Shown: piece by piece, positions 13,329 through 25,614 of the stretch | How the letters are laid out: the number at the start of each line of letters is the position of its first letter | How positions within the stretch are numbered: position 1 is the first letter of the stretch | NCBI RefSeq assembly: GCF_036365525.1 | Contig: NC_090395.1 | Coordinates: forward strand, 46,878,136 to 46,942,135 | DNA length: 64,000 nt | Reading direction: 5' to 3' | Origin: Heterodontus francisci | Taxonomy: Eukaryota | The notes under the pieces: generated by a model | The model's database searches: none | The model's input: the letters and a program-made list of their open reading frames with translations, nothing else | What the model was told of the DNA's origin: nothing | Made by a program: the position numbers and the translations under genes

Positions 13329-14015
13329 CCTCCACACCCAGGGGAATAAAATGCGATTTGAAAAAATAACAAGTGCACTTCATTAAAAGGTTTGAGAGAA
13401 ATATAAGATACAGAAAGAACAACCATGCATTTCTCTCATTCATTTCCATTCATTCATAGATCTTAAAGCTTATTAAAATCATTTTTTCTGGGTGCCAGTG
13501 CTGCTTTAATTTCCCTTTTTTGGCATCCCAGTAGCCATGTGGTTCTTTGGGGAAGCTTTTCTTCAGTTTGCCCATTGCCATAACTGCCGAGGGTTTTTGT
13601 TCCTGTTGAGGTTATTTTTTGTTTCAGGGGAGGTAGTAATGGGCGGGTCTATCCTGAACTCACTTTCAGTGCTTTGCTGAGTCATGCAAAAGCTTTTTAC
13701 TTCAGGCGATGGGTGGTTCCCTTTTCCTTTGACTGTGGGGGAAGATTCTTTGTTAATCTCCCTTTTGTTCTCTGGGTCTTTCCTTCTGCAGGTATGTGTG
13801 CACACTTGGCTGCAGTCTCCTGTGGCACTTCAACTAGGTGAGGCATCACCCTCACAGTTTCTGTGCCCTTCAGAGGTCTCTCTTTGTCTCTGCAGGTTCC
13901 CTTAAATGCTGTTAGCATTTCTAGAGTCTGCATTTACATAGGATGATGCAGGGTCTAACTTTTCACATTTTTCGAGGTTGGCTGACCAGACAATAGGGGT
14001 TTCTTAAAAATAAAT
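13329..14015 (-). mobile_element. Internal (3' end) remnant of the LTR retrotransposon
   Basis: Abuts the PPT/LTR junction and has A-rich, coding-like minus-strand composition. No diagnostic motif recognised. Confidence 0.5.
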
Positions 14016-14019
14016 AATT

Positions 14020-14521
14020 AGGAGATGGACGCCCTTCCCCAACACCCCCTGCATGGTCTTTTCATTGCCCAATATTAACAAAACTTACTTTATTCCCGAC
14101 CTGAACTTCCACCCCCCCAACTGTCTAACATTTGCCCTTCAACCCCTTCCCACCATCCCCACAACCAATAAAAAGTGTTTTCCCCCACTCCCCACCCCTC
14201 CCGCCCTGAAAATTTTATTCCTTCCCCCTCCCTACCAGTTTCTCACCTCGGAACTCCATATGGAGTTCCGAAGGCGCATGGGTTGTGTTCGTTGGCCGCA
14301 AAATCAATGTGGGACGGCCGCCGCCAGCAGGTAAGTTCTTTTGCATCCAATTTCTGTTAATTTAAATATTTAGATGAAGGCCCCTCCACCAAGCAGCCGA
14401 GGTGGGTGCCACATCGAGGTCCCCCCATCGCCGCAGGTGTCGAGGCGGGCCTCTCCCTGCAGGTCCCCCCACGCAACCCCCACCACGACCACGGTGTCTA
14501 GGGGCTGGAAAAATTAAGCCC
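14020..14521. mobile_element. Partial Harbinger-type MITE (right end)
   Basis: Ends in TIR AAAATTAAGCCC. The interior is reverse-complement-similar to the MITE at 19466-20324 (e.g. GGAGTTCCGAAGGCGCA). Confidence 0.65.
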
Positions 14522-14532
14522 GTAAACTCTGT

Positions 14533-15651
14533 GGGCTGGATTTTAAGCAGCCCTCAACGTCGAGATCTGTGGCAGGGGGACCTGAAGATGGCTCTAGATG
14601 AGGCCCGCCACGGACCTCGATGCCAGCAGGGCCCGGCCCGATCCTCCCGGTGGTAGTGAGGCATCTTGGTGCCTCCCCAGCGCCCCCACCACTCGGCAAC
14701 TGGACCACAACCACCATATTCAAATTATAAAATTAATGCATTTACAAATGCTTATCTCAGATCTTGAGGGAACCGCGGCCGCCGGCAATCCCGCGATTTG
14801 GATCTCCGCCCAGGGAAACGAGGCACCACACTTGTGGAGGGGGTGGGGGGGGGGGGGGGGGTGGGAGAGGAGGTAAGTTTATCAGTGCAGGTGGGGGGAC
14901 AGGGTCAAATAAAGATCACGGATGTAGGGGATGGTGGGAAGGGTTGTACTTTAAACATTGTGCAGTTTTGGAGGCGGAAGGTCAGATGTTGAAGGTAAGT
15001 ATTTTTTGGGGGAAGGGAAAATAGTTTATGTAATTGTTATTGGGGGAGGTCGGAGAGGGGCAAAAGAAATGCATTTATTTAATTTTAATGAATATGACTT
15101 TAAACATTTAAATAAGCCAGCAGAACTTAATCACTGGACTAGTAATCCAGAACCCAGACTAATTCCCTGGGGACATGGGTTCGAATCTCACCATAGCAGA
15201 TGGTGAAATTTGAATTCAATTAATAAATCTGGAATTAAAAAGCTAGTCCAATGATGACCAAAAAACTATTGTAGATTGTTGTAAAAAAGCATCTGGTTCA
15301 CGAATGTCCTTTCGGGAAGGAAATCTGCCGTCCTTACCTGGTCTGGCCTACGTGTGACTCCGGACCCACAGCAGTGGGTCTGACTCTTAAAATGTCTTCT
15401 GAAATGGCCTAACAAGCCACCCAGTGCGAGGGCAGTTAGAGATGGGCAATAAATGCTGGCCTAGCCAGCGACGCCCACATCCCACAAACAAATTTTTAAA
15501 AATGGTGTCAGCGCCTGCGCACAGGCAGCGAACGCCATTGCTGGAGATGGACAGCCCGCTCCCTCCACGTGATTGGCTGCAGCTGGCCGCCCTGACTATT
15601 TAAATGTGCCACTGTGCTTAAGTTCGGCGGCAGGCTCATAGAATCCAGCCC
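14533..15651. mobile_element. Harbinger-type MITE containing a SINE insertion
   Basis: TIRs GGGCTGGATTTTA / TAGAATCCAGCCC. Sits within a Penelope tail remnant. Confidence 0.75.
15125..15500 (+). mobile_element. tRNA-derived SINE 'family B' (tail shared with family A LINE)
   Basis: B-box GGTTCGAATC, body ATCTGGTTCAC.AATGTCCTTT.GGGAAGGAAATCTGCC, tail GATGGGCAATAAATGCTGGCCTAGCCAGCGACGCCCACATCCC. Confidence 0.85.
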
Positions 15652-15752
15652 GTTTCTCTCTTCACAGATGCTGCCTGACTTGCTGAGTATTTCCTGCATT
15701 TTCTCCTTTTATTTCAAATTTCAACATCCACAATATTTTGCTTTTGTTTTAT
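15652..15752 (+). mobile_element. Penelope-like element 3' tail remnant
   Basis: CACAGATGCTGCC.GAC.TGCTGAGT.TTTCC.GCATTT matches the reverse complement of 32250-32345. Confidence 0.7.
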
Positions 15753-16188
15753 TGCAGGCATTGGATGCAGAATTCAGTCCCTGGCCTCCTGTATAGGTCT
15801 TTTTTATTGCATCTGTTTGAGCTGGAGTGCAGCTGGAGGAAAAGCTGCTGAGTTTAACTCCTAGTACTTCTGAGCCCAGTCGGGCCCAACAATTTCTAGT
15901 GTGAGACCGTCAAGGAAAGCAGATTGCAGGGAGATGACATTGCTAAACGGACACCAACCACTCAATGAAGCCGCTGTTAGGTTTCTGGATACTGGCAAAT
16001 AGTGATCTCTTGACCAGGCTTGCATGCATTGTCAAGTATCACATTGAAATAAAGTTAAGATCAGTTTTCCTTCATATTAAATATAACACTATAATGTAAT
16101 TATAATAACAACTTATTTAGTTTGCATTTATCTATCCATATTTTTTCAACATATGTTGCAGTGGCTTGTGATATTTGTTTATCAGAAG

Positions 16189-16492
16189 TATTTATTTATT
16201 GATACAGTACTGAAACAGGCCCTTCGGCCCACCGAGTCTGTGCCAACCAACAACCACCCATTTATACTAACCCTACAGTAATCTCATATTCCCTACCACC
16301 TACCTACACAAGGGGCAATTTACAATGGCCAATTTACCTATCACCTGCAAGTCTTTGGCGGTGGGAGGAAACCGGAGCACCCGGCGAAAACCCACACGGT
16401 CACAGGGAGAACATGCAAACTCAGCACAGGCAGCACCCAGAATTGAACCTGGAGCTGTGAGGCTGCGGTGCTAACGACTGCGCCACTGTGCC
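16189..16492 (-). mobile_element. HE1-like V-SINE
   Basis: Reverse complement of HE1 head, V-domain and tail. Confidence 0.9.
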
Positions 16493-16779
16493 TTTAGCGC
16501 TCATTAAAGAAAAGGTTGGAGATCCCTGATAAAGATTGTAAATAGCTGCGACCCAAACACTGATCCTTGTGCAACTCCAGCATCCTGAAATTGACCCATT
16601 TATTCCTATTCTCCGTTTTCTGCTGGGGAGTTTGATACCAATAGAGACATCAGGAGAGCTTGAATTTTCCTTTTTATTGCTCTGTTTGCTTGTGTTGTTG
16701 AACAAAATGAACTAGCTGAACTGCCTCCAAATTCCCCATTTTTTATCACTTGTCAACTGTTCCCTTGAGAGTAGCATAG

Positions 16780-17688
16780 TGTTACGGCCACATGGTGAGG
16801 GGTGTGGGTAGTTCCCACTGTTCAACTCCCACCTGACCACAGCAAGTGTTTTTAGTTATTAAGTTTTAACCCCTCTGTGTTTTATTTGTCAAATAAACAG
16901 ACAACAGGTTTTCTTGTAGGTTTAAAGTAGAAAATTAATTATTTATTGAGCAATGTGTCTTATCTCCAAATTGTCACAACCACACCCACTCATGCAGTCA
17001 CTCACACAAGCACAAGAAGAGACAGATAGAGAGGAAAAAAAAGAGGTAAGTGCTTTGACGTGAGGTAGGGTTTCGGGGTTCCTGGTAAGCCTGATGAATT
17101 TTCTCAGAGGTCAATTTCTCTTTAGTTGCAGGCCTGGGATGTTTGTAGATTCCTCTGGAAGTTCTGTTTGAAGACAAGGGATCACCTCCAGTTCTCTACT
17201 GCACAATTTGAAATGTAGAATTCCCAGTAGGGTGCCTTCCTTTCAGCTTGCTGGATTTACATCCAGTTCTCAGCTGGACAAGTTTTGGTGAGGCTTCTTC
17301 CTGGGTCTCTCTCTCTCTCTTTAGAGAAATACCTTGAAAGCTAAAAAAAAACTCACGTCTTGCTGCTGTTTGGAGACAGATTTTCCTCCCTGTGCTAACT
17401 GATAATGGCCAGGATGTGGCTACTTCGCACATTCTTTGTTTCAGAAGAACACATTCAATTCAAAAATGTCTCTTGATGGCTTCAGGATGGGTGTAATTGA
17501 CACTTCTTAGCTTGAAATGTGTTCTTTTGTCCTTGCCAGACAGTTTAAATATACAAAGGCCAGGCCTTTTGACCTTAGGCATCAATTTTCTGAAGAATAT
17601 TGTCCACTTTTTAAAAAAAGTCCATTTTTATAAGTCTTCAGGTTGAGTTCAGGTAGTTTCAATAACTGTATTTTATGTGAGTGTCACA
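16780..17688 (-). mobile_element. Solo LTR-like element
   Basis: Begins TGTTACGGCC, ends GTGTCACA. Shares the layout of 9246-10226 (CA-rich tract, TTTATT signal). The TSD is imperfect (ATAG/ATAT). Confidence 0.7.
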
Positions 17689-17689
17689 A

Positions 17690-17734
<45 letters not shown>

Positions 17735-17750
17735 TTATTTATATATTTAT
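17689..17750. repeat. (TA)n / (TATT)n microsatellite
   Basis: Directly visible. Confidence 0.95.
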
Positions 17751-18570
17751 TGTTACGGACAGATGGAAAGGGGATGGATGGCTCCCACTGTTCACTTCCC
17801 CAACTGACCACAATCATGTTTTGTTAAAATGTTTGCCCGAGTGTCTTTCACATCTAATAAACAGACAAATGACAGGTTTTCTCATAGGTTTAAAAAGATA
17901 ACTATCCATTTTAACACATTTTCCCAAAATGGTCACAACCTCACCCATGCACACATTTACTCACACACACATACACACACAAGAATAGTTAGAGAGAAAA
18001 AGGGTAAGTAGTTTAAACTTCAAAGTGAGGCAGGCATTCATGGTTTACAGTAAACATGTTGAATTTTCTCAGCAGCACAGTCTCTTTTAAAGGTTGGGTG
18101 TTTGTTGTCTTGAAGGAGTTGTAAATTTTCTAGTGGTTAAAACTTTAGACTGGAGGTTGTGGTCACTTTAAGTTCTTTGCTGCTGAAAATTGAAGTGTTA
18201 AGTTAGCAATAGGGCTTCTTCCTTGCTTGGCTGGATCTCTTTCACAGTCCCTGACTGGACCGCTTTCTGGAAGTGTTGGCTTGATCTCTCCCTCTCTCTC
18301 CAGAGGGTTACTTATTTAAGGTAAAAATTCATCGCATTAGACTTTCTGTTCGGAGACAAATGGTTCGCTCCCCTGGTTTGGTCTGGGATGTAGAGATCAT
18401 GGTTATCGATTGATGTCTGAATGGAGACCCTTCTGTTAACATGGTGCTATTCCACACTTATTCAATTTTGGTTTGTGCTGTGAGTCTGTCGGTTTCCAGA
18501 ATACAAAAGTCATGCAGAGGAAAAAACTGATTCATCAGTTTTCACATGTCCTAATGGCTCCATCATGTTT
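17751..18570 (-). mobile_element. Second related LTR-like element, right boundary approximate
   Basis: Starts TGTTACGGACAGATGG...CCCACTGTTCA.TTCCC.A.TGACCAC, clearly homologous to the start at 16780. Confidence 0.65.
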
Positions 18571-19152
18571 GCTGTCTCAGTTTCCTTTGAGAAGACAAAC
18601 CTCTGCATTCACTGTTAATCTGCCAAAACAAGACACGTTCACTTCAGTCTGCAGCTGCGCTCATGCAGGTTATTGTGAAAGGACACAGATTGCAATCCCT
18701 CATACAACCTGGTCTGCCTGGCATTCCCTTATTGGTACTCCTCCTCCAAGCACCTCAGCCAGGGTAGTTGTCATTGTAAAACCCAGTTCTGACTTGTGTC
18801 AGTAAAGGTGCTAGGGATTTTTTTTTTTTTTTTTAAACAGTAATTGGTGAGAACTGAAATACCAGCAGAAAAAGCACAGAAAAACATATGAACAGAAACA
18901 GTTAAGAAATGACTGAAATACACACTTTACTATTACTTCATCCTTTCTTTACTTAATGATTAAAGTGGTTTAGAAGACCCTGCACACTACTGCTAAAAGA
19001 TAAAATGATCCCCCCAATGTCCCTAATTGTCAACCATACATTGCAATGGTGGTCGAATCTGGCAAGTCGAATCTCTTAGTGTATGAGTACAGACACCTGT
19101 CTCACCAACTCGCTATGTAAAGTACTGTCTGAAAAAAATTCACCAGTTCTAT

Positions 19153-19442
19153 TAGAATCATAGAATGATACAGCACAGAAAGAGGTCAGTTGGCCAATCG
19201 TGGCTGCACCAGCTTTTTGGTAGAGCCCTTTTTCCCCTGCTTTTTCCTGGTAGCCCTGTAAATGTTTTCTCTTTGACTATTTATCCAATTGTCTTTTGAA
19301 AGTTACTATTGAAGCTACTGCCTGCACCTTTCAGCCAGTGCATTCCAGATCACAACAACTTGCTGCCTAACAAAAATTCTTCTCATCTGACACCTGCTCA
19401 TTTGCCAGATACCTTAATTCTGTGTCCTCTGGTTACCAGCTT
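19153..19442 (-). mobile_element. Short CR1 3' end
   Basis: TAGAATCATAGAATGATACAGCACAGAA tail and TGCATTCCAGATCACAACAACT (reverse of a VVxWNxL coding motif). Confidence 0.7.
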
Positions 19443-19465
19443 CTCAGATAAAATTTGAACATATT

Positions 19466-20324
19466 GGGCTGAATTTTACTAACCTTCCAGCATCAGGTGC
19501 CGTGGCAAAGGGGGGGGGCCCCGAAACTTCTTCCAGGAGAGGGCTGCCACGACCCCCAATGCCGGGACGTCCCCACCGCATTTTACCGGCGGCGGCAAGG
19601 CCTCAGTGCGGCTCCCCCACTGCTCAGCAGCAGGGCTCTCATTTTCATATGCAAATGACAGTAAAATTAAAGAATAATAACTTACTTGGTAGTGACGGCT
19701 GTCCACACCGATATTCCGTTACCAGTCGGAACCCCTGCGCCTTCGGAACCCCATTCGGAGTTCTGTGGCGTGACAGTGGTGGAGAGGGGAGAGGAGTGAA
19801 TCTATCAAGGTGGGGGGGGGGGGGGGGAAGTGAGAAAAACACTTTGTATTGGCTGTGGGGATAGTGGGAAGGGGTTGAAGGGCAAATGTTACGAGGTTGG
19901 GGAGGGGTGGGGGGGGGGGTGAAGTGCGGGTTGGGAATAAAGTTACTTTTGGTGATATAGGCCCAAAAGCAAGCATGGCTGGGTGGGGCAATGGGAAAGG
20001 GCCTCCAGCTTTCATTTAATTTTTTTTTAACACAATTCACCATAATATTACTTTAAAAATTCATATTTCTTCTAAGGGCTTGAAGCCCTTTAAACATGGC
20101 GCCAACGGCTGCGTGTTGGCGCGGGCGCCATTGCCGGGGACAGAGCTGCTGTCCCCCTCTACGCCATCGGGGGCGGCCGCTCCGTCCCCTCTATTGAAAT
20201 GAACCCCCCCACCCCCACCCCGCGTTAAAATATTGCAGGGCTCAGTGACGGCGAACCATGTGGGAGGACTGCTGAGATCAGAGCGCGCCATCTCCATTTG
20301 CGGCGCATTCATAAAATTCAGCCC
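19466..20324. mobile_element. Harbinger-type MITE, intact ends
   Basis: Perfect 13-bp TIRs GGGCTGAATTTTA / TAAAATTCAGCCC and TSD ATT on both sides. Confidence 0.9.
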
Positions 20325-20973
20325 ATTGTTTTTGTAACAGACTTAATTGTGTTAGTTTCATATTTTGAGGAAAAAATGCATCAGCCCCACCGTTCAGGCA
20401 ACTTATCCAGAGTTTTCACTGAAAGTGTAACCAGTGTGCTTGAGGAAATTCCAGTGAAAGTGTTCCTGACATTCTCCGAACAGCAGTATCATTATGCTGA
20501 GCATCGGTACACATTCACGCAGGAAGTGAAAGCATTGAGATCCATTTCTGTTGCAGGCCCTGCGTGTCAATCATTACAGGAAAGACTTGTTTGACTTATC
20601 TTTTCTTCTCCCCCTCCTATCCAGGAGATAATCAATAGGAAGTTGTGGCAGCTGATCAGGAACGTGTTGTCACTTGCTACGTGTTCTATCACATTCTCTA
20701 GCTGCAAACTGACTAAAATGTCCCACTGAAGGGAAGATTAGGATTCTAGTCAAGCCTGGGATTTGAATACTGCTTGCCCGGATAAGAGTCCTGCACGCCA
20801 CAGCTAACGCAACAGGACCATTCTAAAATCTGACATTTGTAATCTTTCCATTGGGACCAACTTACACTAGCGCAAATGTCACTTTTGTTTGTATGTAGCC
20901 CTGGTGCAAGTAAAGTACTCCTAGCAAGCTATTTCCCATTTCTTTCAGCACTGGTAGTAGACAACTAGCACTG

Positions 20974-21600
20974 GAGCAGATTTCTTGGCCCCAATAGAAT
21001 TGGGAGGTCGGGAAGTTGTGGGTGAGACCGAAAATGCCTGAAAAATGCGGGGCTGAGCGGAGGCTAGAGATTAGTGCTCAGCAGGGTGGGTGGGGGAATA
21101 GGGAGTGAGGGAGGGCTGCAATCAGGAGGGCTGAGGGGGATCCTGGAGATCAGGACTTGAGGGTAGTGGGGGGGTGGAGGCCTGCAATTGGGAATTGGAG
21201 GAGGCAGAAATCTTCTTTGAAGGGTCTGGGGGGGGAGCACTTCTGAAACTTGTGGCCCACAAAGGCTGCTGAAACAGCCACTTACCTTGCGCCAGCAGCT
21301 TCCGCCTCCATTTGTGAGCCGAGTTTGCCGACCCCTGGGAAACCTGTGCAGCAGCAGGAAATTCCAAATCCGGCTGCCAATTATACTATAGGAGCCAGAT
21401 TTAAATCTGTTAATTAAGCATCTCACCTCTCTATGATGGGGCATTCAGACTTCCCAACGTGCACTGCTGCAAAAATGGTAACAAGCACATCTGCTATGAA
21501 GGTTGAGATCGCATTCCGTGCATTTCACTTTTTAACCCGCCCCTCACCCCGACCCTCTCCTGTCCATCACCGGGGTTGGGGGTAGTTAATATCGAGGCTC
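20974..21600. mobile_element. Decayed GC-rich MITE-like element
   Basis: Abrupt GC-rich block with G-runs and a CACTTACC motif like the other MITEs. TIRs are degenerate. Confidence 0.45.
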
Positions 21601-21939
21601 TTGTGACTGATTAAAGAATTCTATCTGAATAATAATGAAGGCTGCTGTAGTTGGTGTAATTCTTGCAAATAACTGCCACCAATTTGTGTTCATTTTTGCA
21701 ATAGTACAATGAGAAAATACCCTATGGGTTTGTGAAGAGAAATCTTTTGAATTGAGCTGGTCACATTTATCTCGATTTAAAAAGATAAAAAAAAAACTTT
21801 TGAAATTTTCGGAAAGAATATATTCAGGAAGAACAGATCATTCTAACCTCTTAATTACTGGGGTCCAAATAATCACAACATAAGACATTCTTTTGGGCCT
21901 CCTTATCTCGAGAGACAATGGATACGCGCCTGGAGGTGG

Positions 21940-24900
21940 TCAGTGGTTTGTGAAGCAGCGCCTGGAGTGGCTATAAAGGCCAATTCTGGAGTAACAGGCT
22001 CTTCCACAGGTGCTGCAGAGAAATTTGTTTGTTGGGGCTGTTGCACAGTTGGCTCTCCCCTTGCGCCTCTGTCTTTTTTCCTGCCAACTACTAAGTCTCT
22101 TCGACTCGCCACAATTTAGCCCTGTCTTTATGGCTGCCCGCCAGCTCTGGCGAATGCTGGCAACTGACTCCCACGACTTGTGATCAATGTCACACGATTT
22201 CATGTCGCGTTTGCAGACGTCTTTATAACGGAGACATGGACGGCCGGTGGGTCTGATACCAGTGGCGAGCTCGCTGTACAATGTGTCTTTGGGGATCCTG
22301 CCATCTTCCATGCGGCTCACATGGCCAAGCCATCTCAAGCGCCGCTGACTCAGTAGTGTGTATAAGCTGGGGATGTTGGCCGCTTCAAGGACTTCTGTGT
22401 TGGAGATATAGTCCTGCCACCTGATGCCAAGTATTCTCCGAAGGCAGCGAAGATGGAATGAATTGAGACGTCGCTCTTGGCTGGCATACGTTGTCCAGGC
22501 CTCGCTGCCGTAGAGCAAGGTGCTGAGGACACAGGCCTGATACACTCGGACTTTTGTGTTCCGTGTCAGTGCGCCATTTTCCCACACTCTCTTGGCCAGT
22601 CTGAACATAGCAGTGGAAGCCTTACCCATGCGCTTGTTGATTTCTGCATCTAGAGACAGGTTACTGGTGATAGTTGAGCCTAGGTAGGTGAACTCTTGAA
22701 CCACTTCCAGAGCGTGGTCGCCAATATTGATGGATGGAGCATTTCTGACATCCTGCCCCATGATGTTCGTTTTCTTGAGGCTGATGGTTAGGCCAAATTC
22801 ATTGCAGGCAGACGCAAACCTGTCGATGAGACTCTGCAGGCATTCTTCAGTGTGAGATGTTAAAGCAGCATCGTCAGCAAAGAGGAGTTCTCTGATGAGG
22901 ACTTTCCGTACTTTGGACTTCGCTCTTAGACGGGCAAGGTTGAACAACCTGCCCCCTGATCTTGTGTGGAGGAAAATTCCTTCTTCAGAGGATTTGAACG
23001 CATGTGAAAGCAGCAGGGAGAAGAAAATCCCAAAAAGTGTGGGTGCGAGAACACAGCCCTGTTTCACACCACTCAGGATAGGAAAGGGCTCTGATGAGGA
23101 GCCACCATGTTGAATTGTGCCTTTCATATTGTCATGGAATGAGGTGATGATACTTAGTAGCTTTGGTGGACATCCGATCTTTTCTAGTAGTCTGAAGAGA
23201 CCACGTCTGCTGACGAGGTCAAAGGCTTTGGTGAGATCAATGAAAGCAATGTAGAGGGGCATCTGTTGTTCACGGCATTTCTCCTGTATCTGACGAAGGG
23301 AGAACAGCATGTCAATAGTCGATCTCTCTGCACGAAAGCCACACTGTGCCTCAGGGTAGACGCGCTCGGCCAGCTTCTGGAGCCTGTTCAGAGCGACTCG
23401 AGCAAAGACTTTCCCCACTATGCTGAGCAGGGAGATTCCACGGTAGTTGTTGCAGTCACCGCGGTCACCTTTGTTTTTATAGAGGGTGATGATGTTGGCA
23501 TCGCGCATGTCCTGGGGTACTGCTCCCTCGTCCCAGCACAGGCATAGCAGTTCATGTAGTGCTGAGAGTATAGCAGGCTTGGCACTCTTGATTATTTCAG
23601 GGGTAATGCTGTCCTTCCCAGGGGCTTTTCCGCTGGCTAGGGAATCAATGGCATCACTGAGTTCCGATTTGGTTGGCTGTATGTCCAGCTCATCCATGAC
23701 TGGTAGAGGCTGGGCTGCATTGAGGGCAGTCTCAGTGACAGCATTCTCCCTGGAGTACAGTTCTAGGTAGTGCTCAACCCAGCGGTCCATCTGTTTGCGT
23801 TGGTCAGTGATTATGTCCCCCGATTTAGATTTGAGGGGGGTGATCTTCTTGATGGTTGGCCCAAGAGCTCTCTTCATGCCATCATACATTCCTCTGATGT
23901 TTCCGGTGTCTGAGGCCAGCTGAATATGGCTGCATAGGTGTTGCCAGTAGTCGTTTGCGCAACGCCTAGCTGTTCTTTGTGCAGTACTTCTGGCTCTGCT
24001 TTAAGTGCTGCGGATGTTAAATCGCTGGGGGCTTTCTTGTAGTTCAAAAGTGCAATGCGCTTAGCGGCTATGACAGGTTCCAGCTCTTCGTTATGAGATT
24101 GAAACCAGTCTGCATTTCTCTTCGCACTTTTGCCGTAGGTGGTCAAAGCTGACTCATAGATGGCGTCTCTGATGTGGGCCCACTTGGTCTCAGCATCCCC
24201 TGTGGGAGTGTTTTGAAGGGCTGTTACAAGTGAATTTAGAAATTTTTGTAACAGCTGTGGGTGAGAAATTCTGCTCGTGTTGATGCGCGGGTGGCCCTTC
24301 TGCTTGGAATGATGCAACTTCTTTGGTCTGAGTCTAACCTTGCTGCACACCAGGGAGTGGTCGGTGTCGCAGTCCGCACTGTGGAAGCTGCGTGTGATTT
24401 GAACACTGTTTAAGGCGGCTCGCCTTGTGACAATGAGGTCTAGCTGGTGCCAACGACGTGATCTTGGGTGCCTCCATGAAACCTGGTGACAGGGTTTAGT
24501 GTGAAAGAACGAGTTGGTGATGCAGAGGTTATGATAGGTACACAACTCAAGCAGTCTCTGCCCGTTCTCATTCATCCTTCCAACGCCATAGCGCCCAAGG
24601 CAGGAGGGCCATGAGTCATGGTCGGCCCCAACCCTGGCATTAAAGTCCCCCAGCAGGAATAGGTGTTCGGTGTTGGGGATGCTGCTAATGATGTTATGGA
24701 GTTGTTCATAGAACTGGTCTTTAGCTTCAGGTGCGGAACAGAGTGTTGGAGCATAGATGCTGAGTAGGTGTACTGGACCAGAGGTGGTGAGCAGTCGGAT
24801 GGACAGTATGCGTTCCGAGCCATTTGAGGGAGGCTCTATCATGCTGAGCAAGGAGTTTCTGATGGCGAAGCCCACTCCATGCTGTCTTGGTTCTTCAGGA

Positions 24901-25133
24901 TCCCTGCCCTGCCAGAAGAAGGTGTAGTCTTGCTCTGCTAGAGAGCCACTCGCGGGGAGGCGAGTCTCCTGAAGTGCTGCAATGTCCACATTGAGTCTAC
25001 TGAGCTCGTTGTTAATGATGGCGGTCTTCCGAGAATCGTTGATTTGTGTAAGGTCTTCCGACAGGCCAGGACACATAGTTCTGACGTTCCAGCTTGCAAA
25101 GCGAAGGGCTGGTACCTTCTTTCCTTTTTTCAT
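21940..25133 (-). pseudogene. RTE ORF (APE endonuclease, RT, C-terminal Cys/His finger) with one 2-nt frameshift at ~23994-23997
   Basis: APE motifs WNVRT, ALQETR, YAPT, GDFNARVG, LDLI, TDHSLV. RT motifs YRGISLL, QCGFR, FIDLTKAFD, GVKQGCVLAP, LFADD, YLGS. C-terminus CSTCGRACYSRIGLYSHSRRC. Removing one GA from GCAGAGCC gives a 1063-aa ORF. Confidence 0.93.
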
Positions 25134-25614
25134 GTTGTTTGGTGCGGTGTATCAGTCCACCTTTCGGGCAATGACCCTGAGCTCCAAGCACCCATTGAAG
25201 CAGGCAGACTGTGGCGGGACAGAACCTTATTGACCGGGGGCTGCCCGGTTTGAGGCGGGCGGTAGCTGTCCAGTGAGGTGCAATGACCTCTCCCACCGAC
25301 AAAGGCAACCCGTGGCGCCCAGTTTCTACGCCAATTTATCTGGACTTATAACCCGTAACTGCTGCCTTCCGTGTTGTTTCAGTCGCTGTGAGGCAACTAT
25401 GGAGTGACCTCTCCATGGCGCATGCCTGGGCAAATTTATGGAGGTTGAGAGTTGCCCAGTCGTCAAAACCCCCCTCTCGGCCTTTCTGGTGGGGTCCAAA
25501 GGAGTGCAGGACACGACGTTTGGCACCAGTATGGCTGCAGGAACTGCCGGAAACATGCCAAAGGTGACACATGACCGCCTACGGGGTTCCGCTCCGGATT
25601 TTCTGTTAGGGTTT

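Noticed and set aside
20298-20594. 98-aa ORF as a host exon
   Set aside because: It starts inside a MITE TIR, has no recognisable homology and no clear splice sites.
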